Below the pieces are notes generated by a model. The model saw only the letters and a list, made by a program, of their open reading frames with translations. It had not been told where the DNA came from and made no database searches. Shown piece after piece: positions 17,361 to 27,649 of a DNA stretch of 64,000 bases. The translations under genes were made by a program, and so were the position numbers. The first letter of the stretch is position 1, and each line of letters begins with the position of its first letter. Source of the DNA: an uncultured Desulfovibrionaceae bacterium (GTDB taxonomy: Bacteria > Desulfobacterota > Desulfovibrionia > Desulfovibrionales > Desulfovibrionaceae); contig CAYJHD010000001.1 in NCBI GenBank assembly GCA_964370015.1, positions 16,884-80,883 on the forward strand. The letters are read 5' to 3'.

Positions 17361-18764
17361 ATGGCCACACGCGTCGAACATGATTTTTTAGGTGAACTTG
17401 TTATCCCCAATGATGTGTATTATGGCGTACAAACCTATCGCGCCATTGAAAATTTCTACATCTCTCATAGCAAAATTAGTGATATTCCAGAATTCATCCG
17501 CGCTTTTGCCTATGTGAAAAAATCTGCCGCCATGGCCAATAAAGAATTTGGTTTATTGCCAGATGACGTATTCACCGCCATTTGTAGTGCTTGCGATGAA
17601 ATCATTGATGGTAAATTACACGATCAATTCCCCACAGATTGCCTGCAAGGCGGTGCCGGAACTTCTTGCAATATGAATGCCAACGAAGTTATCGCCAACA
17701 GAGCTTTGGAACTCATGGGCCATAAAAAGGGTGAATATCAATATTGCCACCCCAACAACCACGTAAACTGCTCTCAGTCCACCAACGATGCCTACCCCAC
17801 TGCTTTGCACCTTGCATTGCACGCCATGTTAAAGAGGCTCATCAATGCCATTCGTTATTTACACGATGGATTCATGCTTAAAGGTGAAGAATTTAGCGAT
17901 GTTGTAAAAATGGGCAGAACGCAATTGCAAGACGCCGTTCCCATGACCCTTGGCATGGAATTCACCGCCTATGCCACAACCTTGCAAGTGGAAGTGGGTC
18001 GCCTAGAGCATGCCGCCGCAAGCCTGCTAGAAGTAAATATGGGCGCCACAGCCATTGGCACCGGCATTTGCTCCCCCCAAGGTTATGCGCCTTTATGCAT
18101 TGAAAAATTAAGAGAAGTGAGCGGGCTTAATGTAAAATTATCCCCCAACCTCATCGAAGCCACATGGGACACGGGCGTGTATGTGCATGTGTCTGCAGCC
18201 ATCAAAAGCGCTGCTGTAAAAATTTCTAAAATCTGCAATGACTTAAGACTTCTTTCTTCGGGCCCTCGTTGCGGCCTCAATGAAATTAATTTACCCCAAT
18301 TGCAACCCGGCTCCTCCATCATGCCGGGCAAAGTGAATCCTGTCATACCCGAAGTGGTTAACCAGGTGTGCTTTGACGTCATGGGTAAAGACCTTACGGT
18401 TACCTTGGCCTCGGAAGCCGGCCAGTTGGAACTTAACGTCATGGAGCCCGTTATTGCGCACTGCCTCTTTGACGGCCTCAACCGCTTACGCCGCGCTGTG
18501 CGCACCTTGCAAGATAAATGCGTAGATGGCATCACCGCCAATAGAGAAGTTTGCCGCAATATGGTGGAAAACAGCATTGGCATTGTCACCGCGCTCAATC
18601 CGCACATTGGGTATGAAGCTTCTGCCTCCGTGGCTCGTGAAGCCCTCGAGAAAAATGCTTCTGTGTATGATCTTGTACTTGAGCGCAAACTCTTAAGTAA
18701 GGAAAAATTGGACGAGATTCTATCTCCAGAAGCCATGCTGCATCCCATAGAAGAGCACAAATAG
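17361..18764 (+). CDS. aspA: Aspartate ammonia-lyase
   Basis: [43 protein letters not shown] and signature [19 protein letters not shown]; collinear with E. coli AspA. Confidence 0.95.
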   Translation: MATRVEHDFLGELVIPNDVYYGVQTYRAIENFYISHSKISDIPEFIRAFAYVKKSAAMANKEFGLLPDDVFTAICSACDEIIDGKLHDQFPTDCLQGGAGTSCNMNANEVIANRALELMGHKKGEYQYCHPNNHVNCSQSTNDAYPTALHLALHAMLKRLINAIRYLHDGFMLKGEEFSDVVKMGRTQLQDAVPMTLGMEFTAYATTLQVEVGRLEHAAASLLEVNMGATAIGTGICSPQGYAPLCIEKLREVSGLNVKLSPNLIEATWDTGVYVHVSAAIKSAAVKISKICNDLRLLSSGPRCGLNEINLPQLQPGSSIMPGKVNPVIPEVVNQVCFDVMGKDLTVTLASEAGQLELNVMEPVIAHCLFDGLNRLRRAVRTLQDKCVDGITANREVCRNMVENSIGIVTALNPHIGYEASASVAREALEKNASVYDLVLERKLLSKEKLDEILSPEAMLHPIEEHK

Positions 18765-18770
18765 TATTAT

Positions 18771-18798
18771 TAGGCCCTTCACTCTTGTGAAGGGCCTA
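18771..18798 (+). terminator. Hairpin after aspA (TAGGCCCTTCAC-TCTT-GTGAAGGGCCTA)
   Basis: 12-bp perfect stem read directly, 7 nt after the aspA stop. There is no clean T-run, so terminator function is uncertain. Confidence 0.45.
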
Positions 18799-18876
18799 AG
18801 CTAATGAAATGTAAATAAGGCATTATTTTACAAATCACAGTGCGCCTAAATTTTATATTCAAAGATAGGCATACGC

Positions 18877-19021
18877 CGCAATGAAAGTTTTTTGGAAGGG
18901 CCTACCCAAAGGGCGCGCAGCGTTCCCGTTGGCGAGTTTGCGAGCCTTACGGGAATAGAGAGTGAAACGGGTCTGGGGCCAGCTTAGATGGGAGGCTTTT
19001 TTTCAAAAAAGGTTTCCCATC
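18877..19021. repeat. Composite intergenic repeat (family with 37119-37158 and 51137-51245)
   Basis: cgcaatgaaagttttttggaaggg (18877-18900), ggtctgggg (18970-18978) and an A/T-run hairpin (18988-19021) recur in inverted orientation at 51137-51210. This copy has about 69 extra nt (18901-18969). Confidence 0.5.
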
Positions 19022-19114
19022 AGTAGACTTTGTCAGCAGTCTGAATCGTATACATGCAAATTCTCTATAACACCATGTAAAAAAAGACTTTTCCAACATA
19101 CTATTAACTTCCCA

Positions 19115-19921
19115 CTAAAATCCGTAAATAATGCCCCCAAAGACGGAGTACGTCACCGGTTTATGCGTATCCACCATGGGACTATCTAGCACCTGTTCAC
19201 TTAAAAAACGCACACTGCCTCCAAGACTCACAGAAATATTTTCGGTGAAAGAATAATTCATGCGCAAGCCCACATAAGGCTCCACCGACATATTTGTAAT
19301 TTCATGCTTTTTTAAGCCACTCCGTACGGATTCTTTACCGCTCACGCCATAATAATAATCCACATATGCCGCACTAAAAACCTTGGCCCCCACAAAAGGT
19401 GTCAGCATGAGTGGCCCATACCGTAGCATATGGTCATATTCTAACGTGCCCACCACGCCGCCATGGGTGGCAAGCACATTGGTGGCCACCGAGGCACGCA
19501 CTTTACCCCCAAAAGGCATTTTCACCGTTGCCCCCACACCGGCAAGCAAAGAGCCATAACGATTTTCCAAATGTTCAAGGGCTTCATCATCGCTATTATG
19601 TGCGAAAAAGTTGGTGAAATCGTATTCTAAAAAGGCCCCCAAAGTGATATTTTGTGTGGGAGAAAATTGCACCCCACCTTGCGTACCGCGCACATAGAAA
19701 TATTTTCCATTGTAGGCAATGATGGGCGTGGGCGTCCAAGTGTCGTATTTTTTATATGGGCTAGACGTAAAAGCCCCCCCTGCCCCCAAAAGCCATGTGG
19801 GTTGCATGGGCCTTTGCGCCTTTGTGGCAGGATCTGCGGTGTTAGAGGAAGCCGCCAAAGCCACTCCCGCCATTATTATAAAGACCATACAAAAAACACT
19901 CATGGTACGCAGTAGTTTCAT
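19115..19921 (-). CDS. MipA/OmpV family outer-membrane protein
   Basis: Signal peptide MKLLRTMSVFCMVFIIMAGVALA. GAGGAFTSSPYKKYD ... PIIAYNGKYFYVRG. Beta-barrel-like alternating pattern ending in F. Confidence 0.7.
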   Translation of the reverse strand: MKLLRTMSVFCMVFIIMAGVALAASSNTADPATKAQRPMQPTWLLGAGGAFTSSPYKKYDTWTPTPIIAYNGKYFYVRGTQGGVQFSPTQNITLGAFLEYDFTNFFAHNSDDEALEHLENRYGSLLAGVGATVKMPFGGKVRASVATNVLATHGGVVGTLEYDHMLRYGPLMLTPFVGAKVFSAAYVDYYYGVSGKESVRSGLKKHEITNMSVEPYVGLRMNYSFTENISVSLGGSVRFLSEQVLDSPMVDTHKPVTYSVFGGIIYGF

Positions 19922-20127
19922 ACTCTCTCCTTGGTATATGCATGTATTTTAAAATAGTATCAGGCTACCATAGTACATTCACAAAATTTCATTTATAAAA
20001 CAAGCATCATAACACACATTTTATGATGTTTTTTTTTGAAGAGGCCATACTACTATTTGCACTTTTTCTTAACCCTGTATACAATACACCATAAATTATT
20101 CTACTTCTTTATGAAAAAGGACTTTGT

Positions 20128-21501
20128 ATGAACACATCTAGAGAACAATTGGCCTCGCGCCTTGGCTTTCTTTTGTTGTCTGCCGGCTGTGCCATTGGCC
20201 TTGGCAATGTTTGGCGCTTTCCCTTCGTTGCCGGACAATACGGCGGCGCAGTATTTTTGGTGACCTATCTTTTCTTCCTCTTCGCTGTGGGTTTGCCCAT
20301 TCTTATCATGGAATTTTCCATGGGACGCGCTGCACAAAAAAGCTGGGGACGCGCCTTTGATACTTTACAAAAGCCTGGCTCCCATTGGAGTAAACTAGGC
20401 TTCATTGGTGGCCTTGGGCCCTTCATTTTAATGATGTTTTATATTCCCGTGGCCAGTTGGTTGGTGGCCTATTGTTATCACACAGGCACTGGCGCATTGA
20501 GCTCCCTTAACCCTGAACAAGTGAAGGGCTTTTTTGGCTCCATGCTGGCAGATCCCATGACCATGTATGCATGGTCCATGCTGGTCATTGTGCTTGGTAT
20601 TGGCACATGTATGCTGGGTGTGCAAAAAGGTGTGGAACGCATAGTTAAGTTCCTCATGCTGGGCTTATTGGCGCTTTTACTGGTGCTGGCAGTGCATTCT
20701 CTTACCCTGCCCGGCGCCGCTGAAGGTATGCATTTTTACCTTGCGCCAGATTTTGCCAGAGCACAAAAAGCCGGTCTCTTGAACTTGCTTAATGATGCCA
20801 TGAACCAAGCTTTTTTCACCATCAGCGTGGGCATTGGCTCCATGATGATTTTTGGCTCTTATTTAAGCAAAGATCGCTCTCTCACCAGCGAAGCCTCGTA
20901 TATCATTGGCTTAGATACCTTTGTGGCCCTCATGGCCGGTGTTATCATTTTTCCCGCTTGCTTCACCTTCAATGTACAACCAGATTCCGGCCCAGACCTT
21001 ATCTTCATCACTCTGCCCAATATTTTTAACTCCATGGCTGGCGGCGAATTTTGGGGCTTGCTCTTCTTCATATTTATGGCTTGTGCGGCGTTAACCACAG
21101 TCATAGCCGTGTTTGAAGCCATCATTGCCTATTTTGTGGATGTGCATAATTTCTCTCGTAAAAAGAGTAATATCATCACCTTCATCGCCATTAGCATTGG
21201 AGTGTTGCCTTGCATCTTGGGCTTTAATGTGTGGGCTGGATTTGAACCTTTAGGAGAGGGCACCAATATACTTGTTTTGGAAGATTTTATCATCAGTCAA
21301 AACTTATTACCTTTGGGATCCTTGGCCTTACTTATTTTTTGTACTTCACGCTATGGCTGGGGGTATAAGAACTTTTTGCAAGAAACAAATACAGGAAAAG
21401 GTAGAAATTTCCCCACCTTTGTGCGCATATACCTCACGTATGTCTTACCACTCATTATCCTCTTTGTTTTTGCTCAAGGCTATATAAAGCTCTTTAAGTA
21501 A
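20128..21501 (+). CDS. Sodium-dependent transporter, NSS/SNF family
   Basis: REQLASRLGFLLLSAGCAIGLGNVWRFPFVAGQYGGAVFL is the canonical NSS TM1 block. Polytopic membrane protein. Confidence 0.9.
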   Translation: MNTSREQLASRLGFLLLSAGCAIGLGNVWRFPFVAGQYGGAVFLVTYLFFLFAVGLPILIMEFSMGRAAQKSWGRAFDTLQKPGSHWSKLGFIGGLGPFILMMFYIPVASWLVAYCYHTGTGALSSLNPEQVKGFFGSMLADPMTMYAWSMLVIVLGIGTCMLGVQKGVERIVKFLMLGLLALLLVLAVHSLTLPGAAEGMHFYLAPDFARAQKAGLLNLLNDAMNQAFFTISVGIGSMMIFGSYLSKDRSLTSEASYIIGLDTFVALMAGVIIFPACFTFNVQPDSGPDLIFITLPNIFNSMAGGEFWGLLFFIFMACAALTTVIAVFEAIIAYFVDVHNFSRKKSNIITFIAISIGVLPCILGFNVWAGFEPLGEGTNILVLEDFIISQNLLPLGSLALLIFCTSRYGWGYKNFLQETNTGKGRNFPTFVRIYLTYVLPLIILFVFAQGYIKLFK

Positions 21502-21521
21502 CAACAAAAATCCATAGAAAA

Positions 21522-21559
21522 GACTCCACACGGTTTATGGCCATGTGGAGTCTTTTTTT
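21522..21559 (+). terminator. Rho-independent terminator after the NSS transporter gene
   Basis: Stem GACTCCACA (21522-21530) / TGTGGAGTC (21544-21552) followed by TTTTTTT. Confidence 0.7.
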
Positions 21560-21578
21560 ATGTATATTGATTGCGCAA

Positions 21579-22427
21579 CTATGAGCCCATATTTTCCAAT
21601 GTCAGCTCGCTGTCATAACAATTTAAGGCAATGCCAAGGGGGGTAATCAACAAAGGATTGTAGGGCTTAATCACTTTTTTGCCCGTTTCTTTGGCCACAA
21701 TATGCTCCATGCCCGTAAGGCAGCATGTGCCACCCACAAGGTATATGCTATCCACATCAAAACCTTGAATTTCATTACGCACAATGAAGGCCATTTTTTC
21801 AATGACAGGACGCACTATGGGCAATAACTGACCATGGTTTTTTTCATCTCTTTTCATCTCTTCAGCTTCAGACACGGTAATACTGCGATTGCCAGAAATA
21901 ACCAAAGAAACATGCGTGCCGCCTGTGGGTTCATCGGCCGTATGAATAACCTTACCATCTTTGAAAATAGATAAACCTGTGGTGCCGCCGCCAATGTCCA
22001 CAATGACACCGTTGGAAATTTGCAATACGGCGTTGGCCGCCGTGGGTTCATCAAGGGTTCCCGTCACTTCAAGGCCAGCAGCTTCCACCACATAGCGATG
22101 CGTTGTACATGTACGAGCGTCGGTTCCCGGAGGCACGGCAATGGCGGCATTTTGTAATTTACAACCAAGACTCTCTTCCACCTCAGCCACCAAACGCCTT
22201 ACCACATCCACAGCGCCAGCATAATCCACCACAAGCCCATCACGAACCACATGAGCAAATTCCATGGCGCAAGCCAATGGTTTTTTTTGTTCATCCAGCA
22301 CCACAACCACCACAAAGGCGGTGCCAAGGTCCACACCCACATAAAGTTTTGCCTTGGGATCTTCTGGTTTACGTGGATTTTTTATACATTTTTCCAAATC
22401 TTGTAAGAGCGCTTGTGCTGATGCCAT
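21579..22427 (-). CDS. EutJ-like actin/Hsp70-fold ATPase
   Basis: ORF track extends to 22580; ATG 22427 (MASAQALLQDLEK) gives the usual length of about 280 aa. LYVGVDLGTAFVVVVVLDE, VDIGGGTTGLSIF and YLVGGTCCLTG are phosphate-1, phosphate-2 and adenosine motifs. Confidence 0.7.
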   Translation of the reverse strand: MASAQALLQDLEKCIKNPRKPEDPKAKLYVGVDLGTAFVVVVVLDEQKKPLACAMEFAHVVRDGLVVDYAGAVDVVRRLVAEVEESLGCKLQNAAIAVPPGTDARTCTTHRYVVEAAGLEVTGTLDEPTAANAVLQISNGVIVDIGGGTTGLSIFKDGKVIHTADEPTGGTHVSLVISGNRSITVSEAEEMKRDEKNHGQLLPIVRPVIEKMAFIVRNEIQGFDVDSIYLVGGTCCLTGMEHIVAKETGKKVIKPYNPLLITPLGIALNCYDSELTLENMGS

Positions 22428-22967
22428 ATATAATCCTTTTTGAAATAACTTTGCCCTGTTGTATACAGAGTTAACGCAAAAGGCAATGCTCAAAGCCAAG
22501 CAATGAAAGCTCCCAGCACAGTTGAACAAAATAGCACATCTCAAATAGTTTTCACCAAGGCTCTTACTTAACTTCCACACCTCTTTCCGCGAATACGTTT
22601 ATTATGAAGTTGATACCACAATCTTTATGCCCATGAATCGTATTTCTGTGCATGCTGCAAAGACTTTCCATCCAGTCATTGCATGTTTTATTTTTTTTAA
22701 TGAGTTCATTGCCATGAGAATTTTACGACTTATATTATGAATGGGTTTGCCTAGTATGGAGTTCTTCTCATCCATACGGATTACGTTATTTCCGCACAGA
22801 AGCAACTTTATTGAAACAGAAACCCCCTAACCATATTAGCGCAAACCCTTCCGCGCTCATTCGCAAACCCTAGCCCAAACATCAAAGCCGTGCACGACGT
22901 TTCTTATCTATATATTCAAGTAGTAAAAAATAGATCCTTACTCGTGCTCGTTCATTAAGAGGCGCAT

Positions 22968-24620
22968 ATGGCATATCCGGATAGCATGCTCCCTTCCTTA
23001 CATAAATTGGCACAAACACGCTCACATAGACTACACCACAAATACCCAGAACTCTCCCTTGAAAACAAAAACAGTCTCTTACAGAATTTCCATCCAGATT
23101 TTAATCCACGCATTAAACGCCCTTTGGCTGTGGGCATTAATTCCGGAGAAATAGTAGCCCAAGAAGTGGCTAACCTATTGGAAAGCCCTTCTCAAATAAC
23201 ACCATACGCGCAGGAATTATCTTTACAAAAAGCCCATTACACTACCGATATACTCATCATTGGCAGTGGTGGTGCTGGGCTTTCCGCTGCTTTGTGGCTC
23301 AAAAAGAATACATCATTACAAGTAATGATGTGCACTAAGCTGCGTACCCTAGATTCTAACACCGTCATGGCCGAAGGGGGAATTTCTGCCGCCACAGCCA
23401 GCAATGACAATCCTGCCATCCATTTTGTGGACACCATGGTGGGTGGGCGCTTTTGCAATGACCCAGACCTAGTGGAGACCATGGTCAGTCAAGGCCCCAT
23501 TATCATTCATTGGCTTGCTTCCTTAGGTGTATATTTTGATAGACGCCAAGACGGAGAATTTTTTACCCATCGCCCCGGAGGGCATTCACGCACTCGCTCT
23601 CACTCCATTCACGACATCACTGGTTTGGAAATAACGCGCATTCTTGCCGATGAAGCGCGTAATTGTGGACTACAGACACTGGAATTTTGTCCGGCTGTGG
23701 AGCTTTTACTGGACGAACATGGCGATTGCTCCGGAGCTATTTTACAAAATCTCGACACTAAGCAATATTATGTGGTGCATGCCAAAGCCGTCATCATGGC
23801 CAGCGGCGGCATGGGTCGCTTACATCCTCTGGGCTTCCCCACATCTAATTTTTACGGCGCCACTGCTGATGGACTGGTCTTAGGCTACAGAGCCGGTGCA
23901 AAAATTATTCATATGGACTCAGTACAATATCATCCCACAGGTACCGCATGGCCCAATCATTTATTGGGACTACTTATTTCCGAAGCTGTGCGTGCTCAAG
24001 GCGCCCAATTACTCAACTCCCACGGGGATATGTTCATAGGCAACCTCGAAACTCGTGACACTTTAGCCGCTGCCATCATTCAAGAAAGCTTTGGTAAACA
24101 AAAACATACCCTTACTCCCACAGGGAACCGCGGTGTATGGCTAGACACACCACTTATAGATTTACAGCAAGGACAAGGCACATTTGCCAGAAGGTTTGCC
24201 AGTATTCACAAGCGTTTTTTAGCCTGTGGTATAGACCCTGCTAAGGAGCCGATTTTAGTTTATCCCACGCAACACTATCAAAACGGGGGACTTGCCATCA
24301 CTCCACAGGCACAAACTTCGGTACCTTATCTTTACGCGGCAGGTGAAGTTGCTGGTGGCATACACGGGAAAAACCGCCTCGGCGGCAATGCTCTCTTAGA
24401 TATCTTCGTCTTTGGGCATGAAGCGGCTAAACAGGCCGCTACGCACGCACAAGAAAGACCCCACCCCACTACGCACAACCTTGACCATGTTTATGCATAC
24501 GAACAAGCCTTAACCAAACTATCCACGCATTGTGCACAAAGAGCACCTCTAATTTTGCCTGACTACCGTTTTGAAAAAGCTTTCGTCCTACCAAACTCTC
24601 CACGCACCCATGAGCACTAA
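22968..24620 (+). CDS. FAD-binding flavoprotein of the fumarate reductase/succinate dehydrogenase/L-aspartate oxidase superfamily
   Basis: ILIIGSGGAGLSAALWL dinucleotide fold starts near residue 95. AEGGISAA, VIMASGGMG and RLGGNALLDIFVFG are typical of the family. The N-terminal extension is unusual. Confidence 0.8.
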   Translation: MAYPDSMLPSLHKLAQTRSHRLHHKYPELSLENKNSLLQNFHPDFNPRIKRPLAVGINSGEIVAQEVANLLESPSQITPYAQELSLQKAHYTTDILIIGSGGAGLSAALWLKKNTSLQVMMCTKLRTLDSNTVMAEGGISAATASNDNPAIHFVDTMVGGRFCNDPDLVETMVSQGPIIIHWLASLGVYFDRRQDGEFFTHRPGGHSRTRSHSIHDITGLEITRILADEARNCGLQTLEFCPAVELLLDEHGDCSGAILQNLDTKQYYVVHAKAVIMASGGMGRLHPLGFPTSNFYGATADGLVLGYRAGAKIIHMDSVQYHPTGTAWPNHLLGLLISEAVRAQGAQLLNSHGDMFIGNLETRDTLAAAIIQESFGKQKHTLTPTGNRGVWLDTPLIDLQQGQGTFARRFASIHKRFLACGIDPAKEPILVYPTQHYQNGGLAITPQAQTSVPYLYAAGEVAGGIHGKNRLGGNALLDIFVFGHEAAKQAATHAQERPHPTTHNLDHVYAYEQALTKLSTHCAQRAPLILPDYRFEKAFVLPNSPRTHEH

Positions 24621-25326
24621 TATGGATATATCACAACAAAATACGCATACACTCTATATTATGGGTAACGCCTATACCGTTCCTGCCGGATTTACCATCA
24701 TGACCAGCATGGAGTATGCTGGCTTTCAACTTACACGCGGGTGCGGCTGTCGCGGTGCTGTCTGTGGAGCTTGTGCTGTAATATATCGAGTGGGCATAGA
24801 AAAACACTGGCATGTGGGATTGGCCTGTCAAACCCTCACGCAAGATCACATGAACTTTCTTTTTCTTCCTCACCATCAAGGGAAACAACCTATCTATCAA
24901 GCTCATACAAGTCCATGTACCGCTGAATTTATTGAAACTCTTTATCCTCAGCTATCACAATGCATCCATTGCAATACCTGCACAAAGTCCTGCCCCATGA
25001 ACCTTAAAGTTCTAGGGTATATCACTGCACTTCGACAAAATGACTTTGAGAAAGTGCGTAAACTTTCCATGGAATGTATACTTTGTGGCATATGCGCCAT
25101 GCGTTGCCCACGTGAAATATCCCCTTTTGCCATGGCTCTTATGGCGCGGCGCCTCTACACTATTAAAACCCTACAGCACACCAAAAATTTTACTCAAGGA
25201 CTCAACCAAGCCCAACAAAACCATTGGCAGCCTAAAATTAGTGCATTCAAAAACATGAACAAACAAGAACTCATTAATCAATATCAGCTCTTTCAAGCCA
25301 CTAAAGGCGCTGGGGTAAATGAATAA
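24610..25326 (+). CDS. SdhB/FrdB-like iron-sulfur protein
   Basis: ORF track 24571; ATG 24610 overlaps the upstream stop region. GCGCRGAVCGACAV (2Fe-2S-like), CIHCNTCTKSCP and CILCGICAMRCP (Cys clusters). Confidence 0.75.
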   Translation: MSTNMDISQQNTHTLYIMGNAYTVPAGFTIMTSMEYAGFQLTRGCGCRGAVCGACAVIYRVGIEKHWHVGLACQTLTQDHMNFLFLPHHQGKQPIYQAHTSPCTAEFIETLYPQLSQCIHCNTCTKSCPMNLKVLGYITALRQNDFEKVRKLSMECILCGICAMRCPREISPFAMALMARRLYTIKTLQHTKNFTQGLNQAQQNHWQPKISAFKNMNKQELINQYQLFQATKGAGVNE

Positions 25327-25753
25327 TATGAAAATATATAACAGCCCACTGTAAACAATCGATTTGAGACAGGCTTTTCAAAAATAGTAAGATGTTAGAA
25401 AGTGAAAAGGAGCACAATATACGTTACTTTAGAGACGCATAAACAGTTTGGCGCAGATTGCTGTTTTCAGCAATCTGATAATGGAGAGCTTCCTTTGGCT
25501 AGACACCACAAACAAGCGCAAATCACGCAACAGCTTCACCATGAGAGCTTGACATACGCTTCACCATGTTTAGTTTATTTGTACCGAGTATATTCTATTA
25601 CGGGCATCTCCTCTATTGTAGCCTCGCAATTCGCGGGTTTTGCTTCTTGCTCCTCTATCAATAGCCTCACATAGTTTATATACACATACGTGTACTCTTC
25701 AGTTTTGTGAAATATGTCTTCGACTCCTAAGTGTGTGAAAAGAGGATTTCATT

Positions 25754-26566
25754 ATGGCTTGTATAGTATTACACAGACCCACCCCAGGAGAAGTTGTCTT
25801 TATAGAACCTAAAAAAGACGATACTTTTGCCTTGAATTTTGATTCCGATGAAGCCCAAATAGAACGTCACGAACAAGACCTTGTACTTACCTTTGATCAT
25901 GACGCACAGCTATCCGGCATTGTAATGACAAATTTTTATCAAACTTATACCCTTGACTCCATGCCAGAAAATATTTTCGACTTTATTCTTGCAAAAATGA
26001 ATGACAGCAGCATCTGTGATATGTTCTATGAAGAAAACCCTGTACAATTTTTTTTCCCACCAACATTTGAATTTCATGAAAAAAAATTTTCGTCATTTGA
26101 GCATTGCGAGGAAAATGTATTTTTACACACAAACACCCCCCGCAATCAAAATTTTGAGAGCAGTTTTGCTCATATTTCACAGAACAGTGAAAGCAACACT
26201 ATCGATCAAGTTTACTTTACGGATATTATTATTGAAAATGTGCTTGCCATGGAGGGTGAAGAAGGTATAGACATTTTACTAGCAAGTGTTGACAGCTTGC
26301 CTCAAGTAAAAAGTCTTCTAGAACAAGGCACTTTTGAAAATATCAACACTGCAGAGCTTATAGTTCTTGCAGATAACATCGGCGGTACTACCGTGAACGA
26401 GGTTCTCACAAATCTTAACCTCGTTAGAAATGGTACGGAATTAAAGCAAGGAGAAGGTAGCACATGGACAGACACACTACACTCCAATGTAGTCGGCTAC
26501 CAAGCCTACACCAATAGTCAGGACATTACCATTTTAATAAAATCTAATCTGCTCATACACAGCTAG
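25754..26566 (+). CDS. Acidic hypothetical protein, no signal peptide
   Basis: 270-aa ORF followed by a strong terminator. N-terminal VVFIEPKKDDTFALNFDSDEAQIERHEQDLVLTFDHDAQLSGIVMTNFY is reminiscent of repeat-flanking modules in secreted RTX-type proteins (weak). Confidence 0.5.
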   Translation: MACIVLHRPTPGEVVFIEPKKDDTFALNFDSDEAQIERHEQDLVLTFDHDAQLSGIVMTNFYQTYTLDSMPENIFDFILAKMNDSSICDMFYEENPVQFFFPPTFEFHEKKFSSFEHCEENVFLHTNTPRNQNFESSFAHISQNSESNTIDQVYFTDIIIENVLAMEGEEGIDILLASVDSLPQVKSLLEQGTFENINTAELIVLADNIGGTTVNEVLTNLNLVRNGTELKQGEGSTWTDTLHSNVVGYQAYTNSQDITILIKSNLLIHS

Positions 26567-26586
26567 TCCTCACCTTGCTTTTCCCT

Positions 26587-26626
26587 AAGCCCTCACAGAC
26601 TTGACCCTTGTGAGGGCTTTTTTTTG
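26587..26626 (+). terminator. Rho-independent terminator
   Basis: Stem AAGCCCTCACA (26587-26597) / TGTGAGGGCTT (26609-26619) followed by a T-run to 26626. Confidence 0.75.
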
Positions 26627-26875
26627 CTGTCACCATACTCTCTCTAGAATTCTTCATTTGTACAATGAATTCTACATGGAGACAGCTCTTTAGCACCATG
26701 AGAACTTATATTCATACTTCAAGAAATTTTGTAGGAAGAAAATCAAATGCAGCGCGTGTAATTTGTTTTATGCGAATTCATACAAATAATGCACAAAACA
26801 AAGACCCCTTAGTAAAGTACAGGAAGGTACATACATACTAAGAGGTCCCATAAGGCCCAGAGGAGTAAGGCTTTT

Positions 26876-27430
<555 letters not shown>

Positions 27431-27649
27431 TTAACTAAAACTAAACTGTTAAAATATTATAAATTTTTGCGTATAAAATTTTAAACTTTATATTGACTTT
27501 AAAATTCATTTTCTTTAATTTTCTCTAAACGCATGTCTGTTCATTTTTATCCCCCTCACTCCCAAGGGCACGATAAACAGATACTGAGCAGACAATATAT
27601 TGAATTGTAGTAGATACATACAACTAACCTTTCACATTGAGGACGTACC

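Noticed and set aside
18083-18760. A 225-aa minus-strand ORF.
   Set aside because: It is entirely antisense to aspA, which is unambiguous. The translation is Ser/Thr/Arg-rich shadow sequence.
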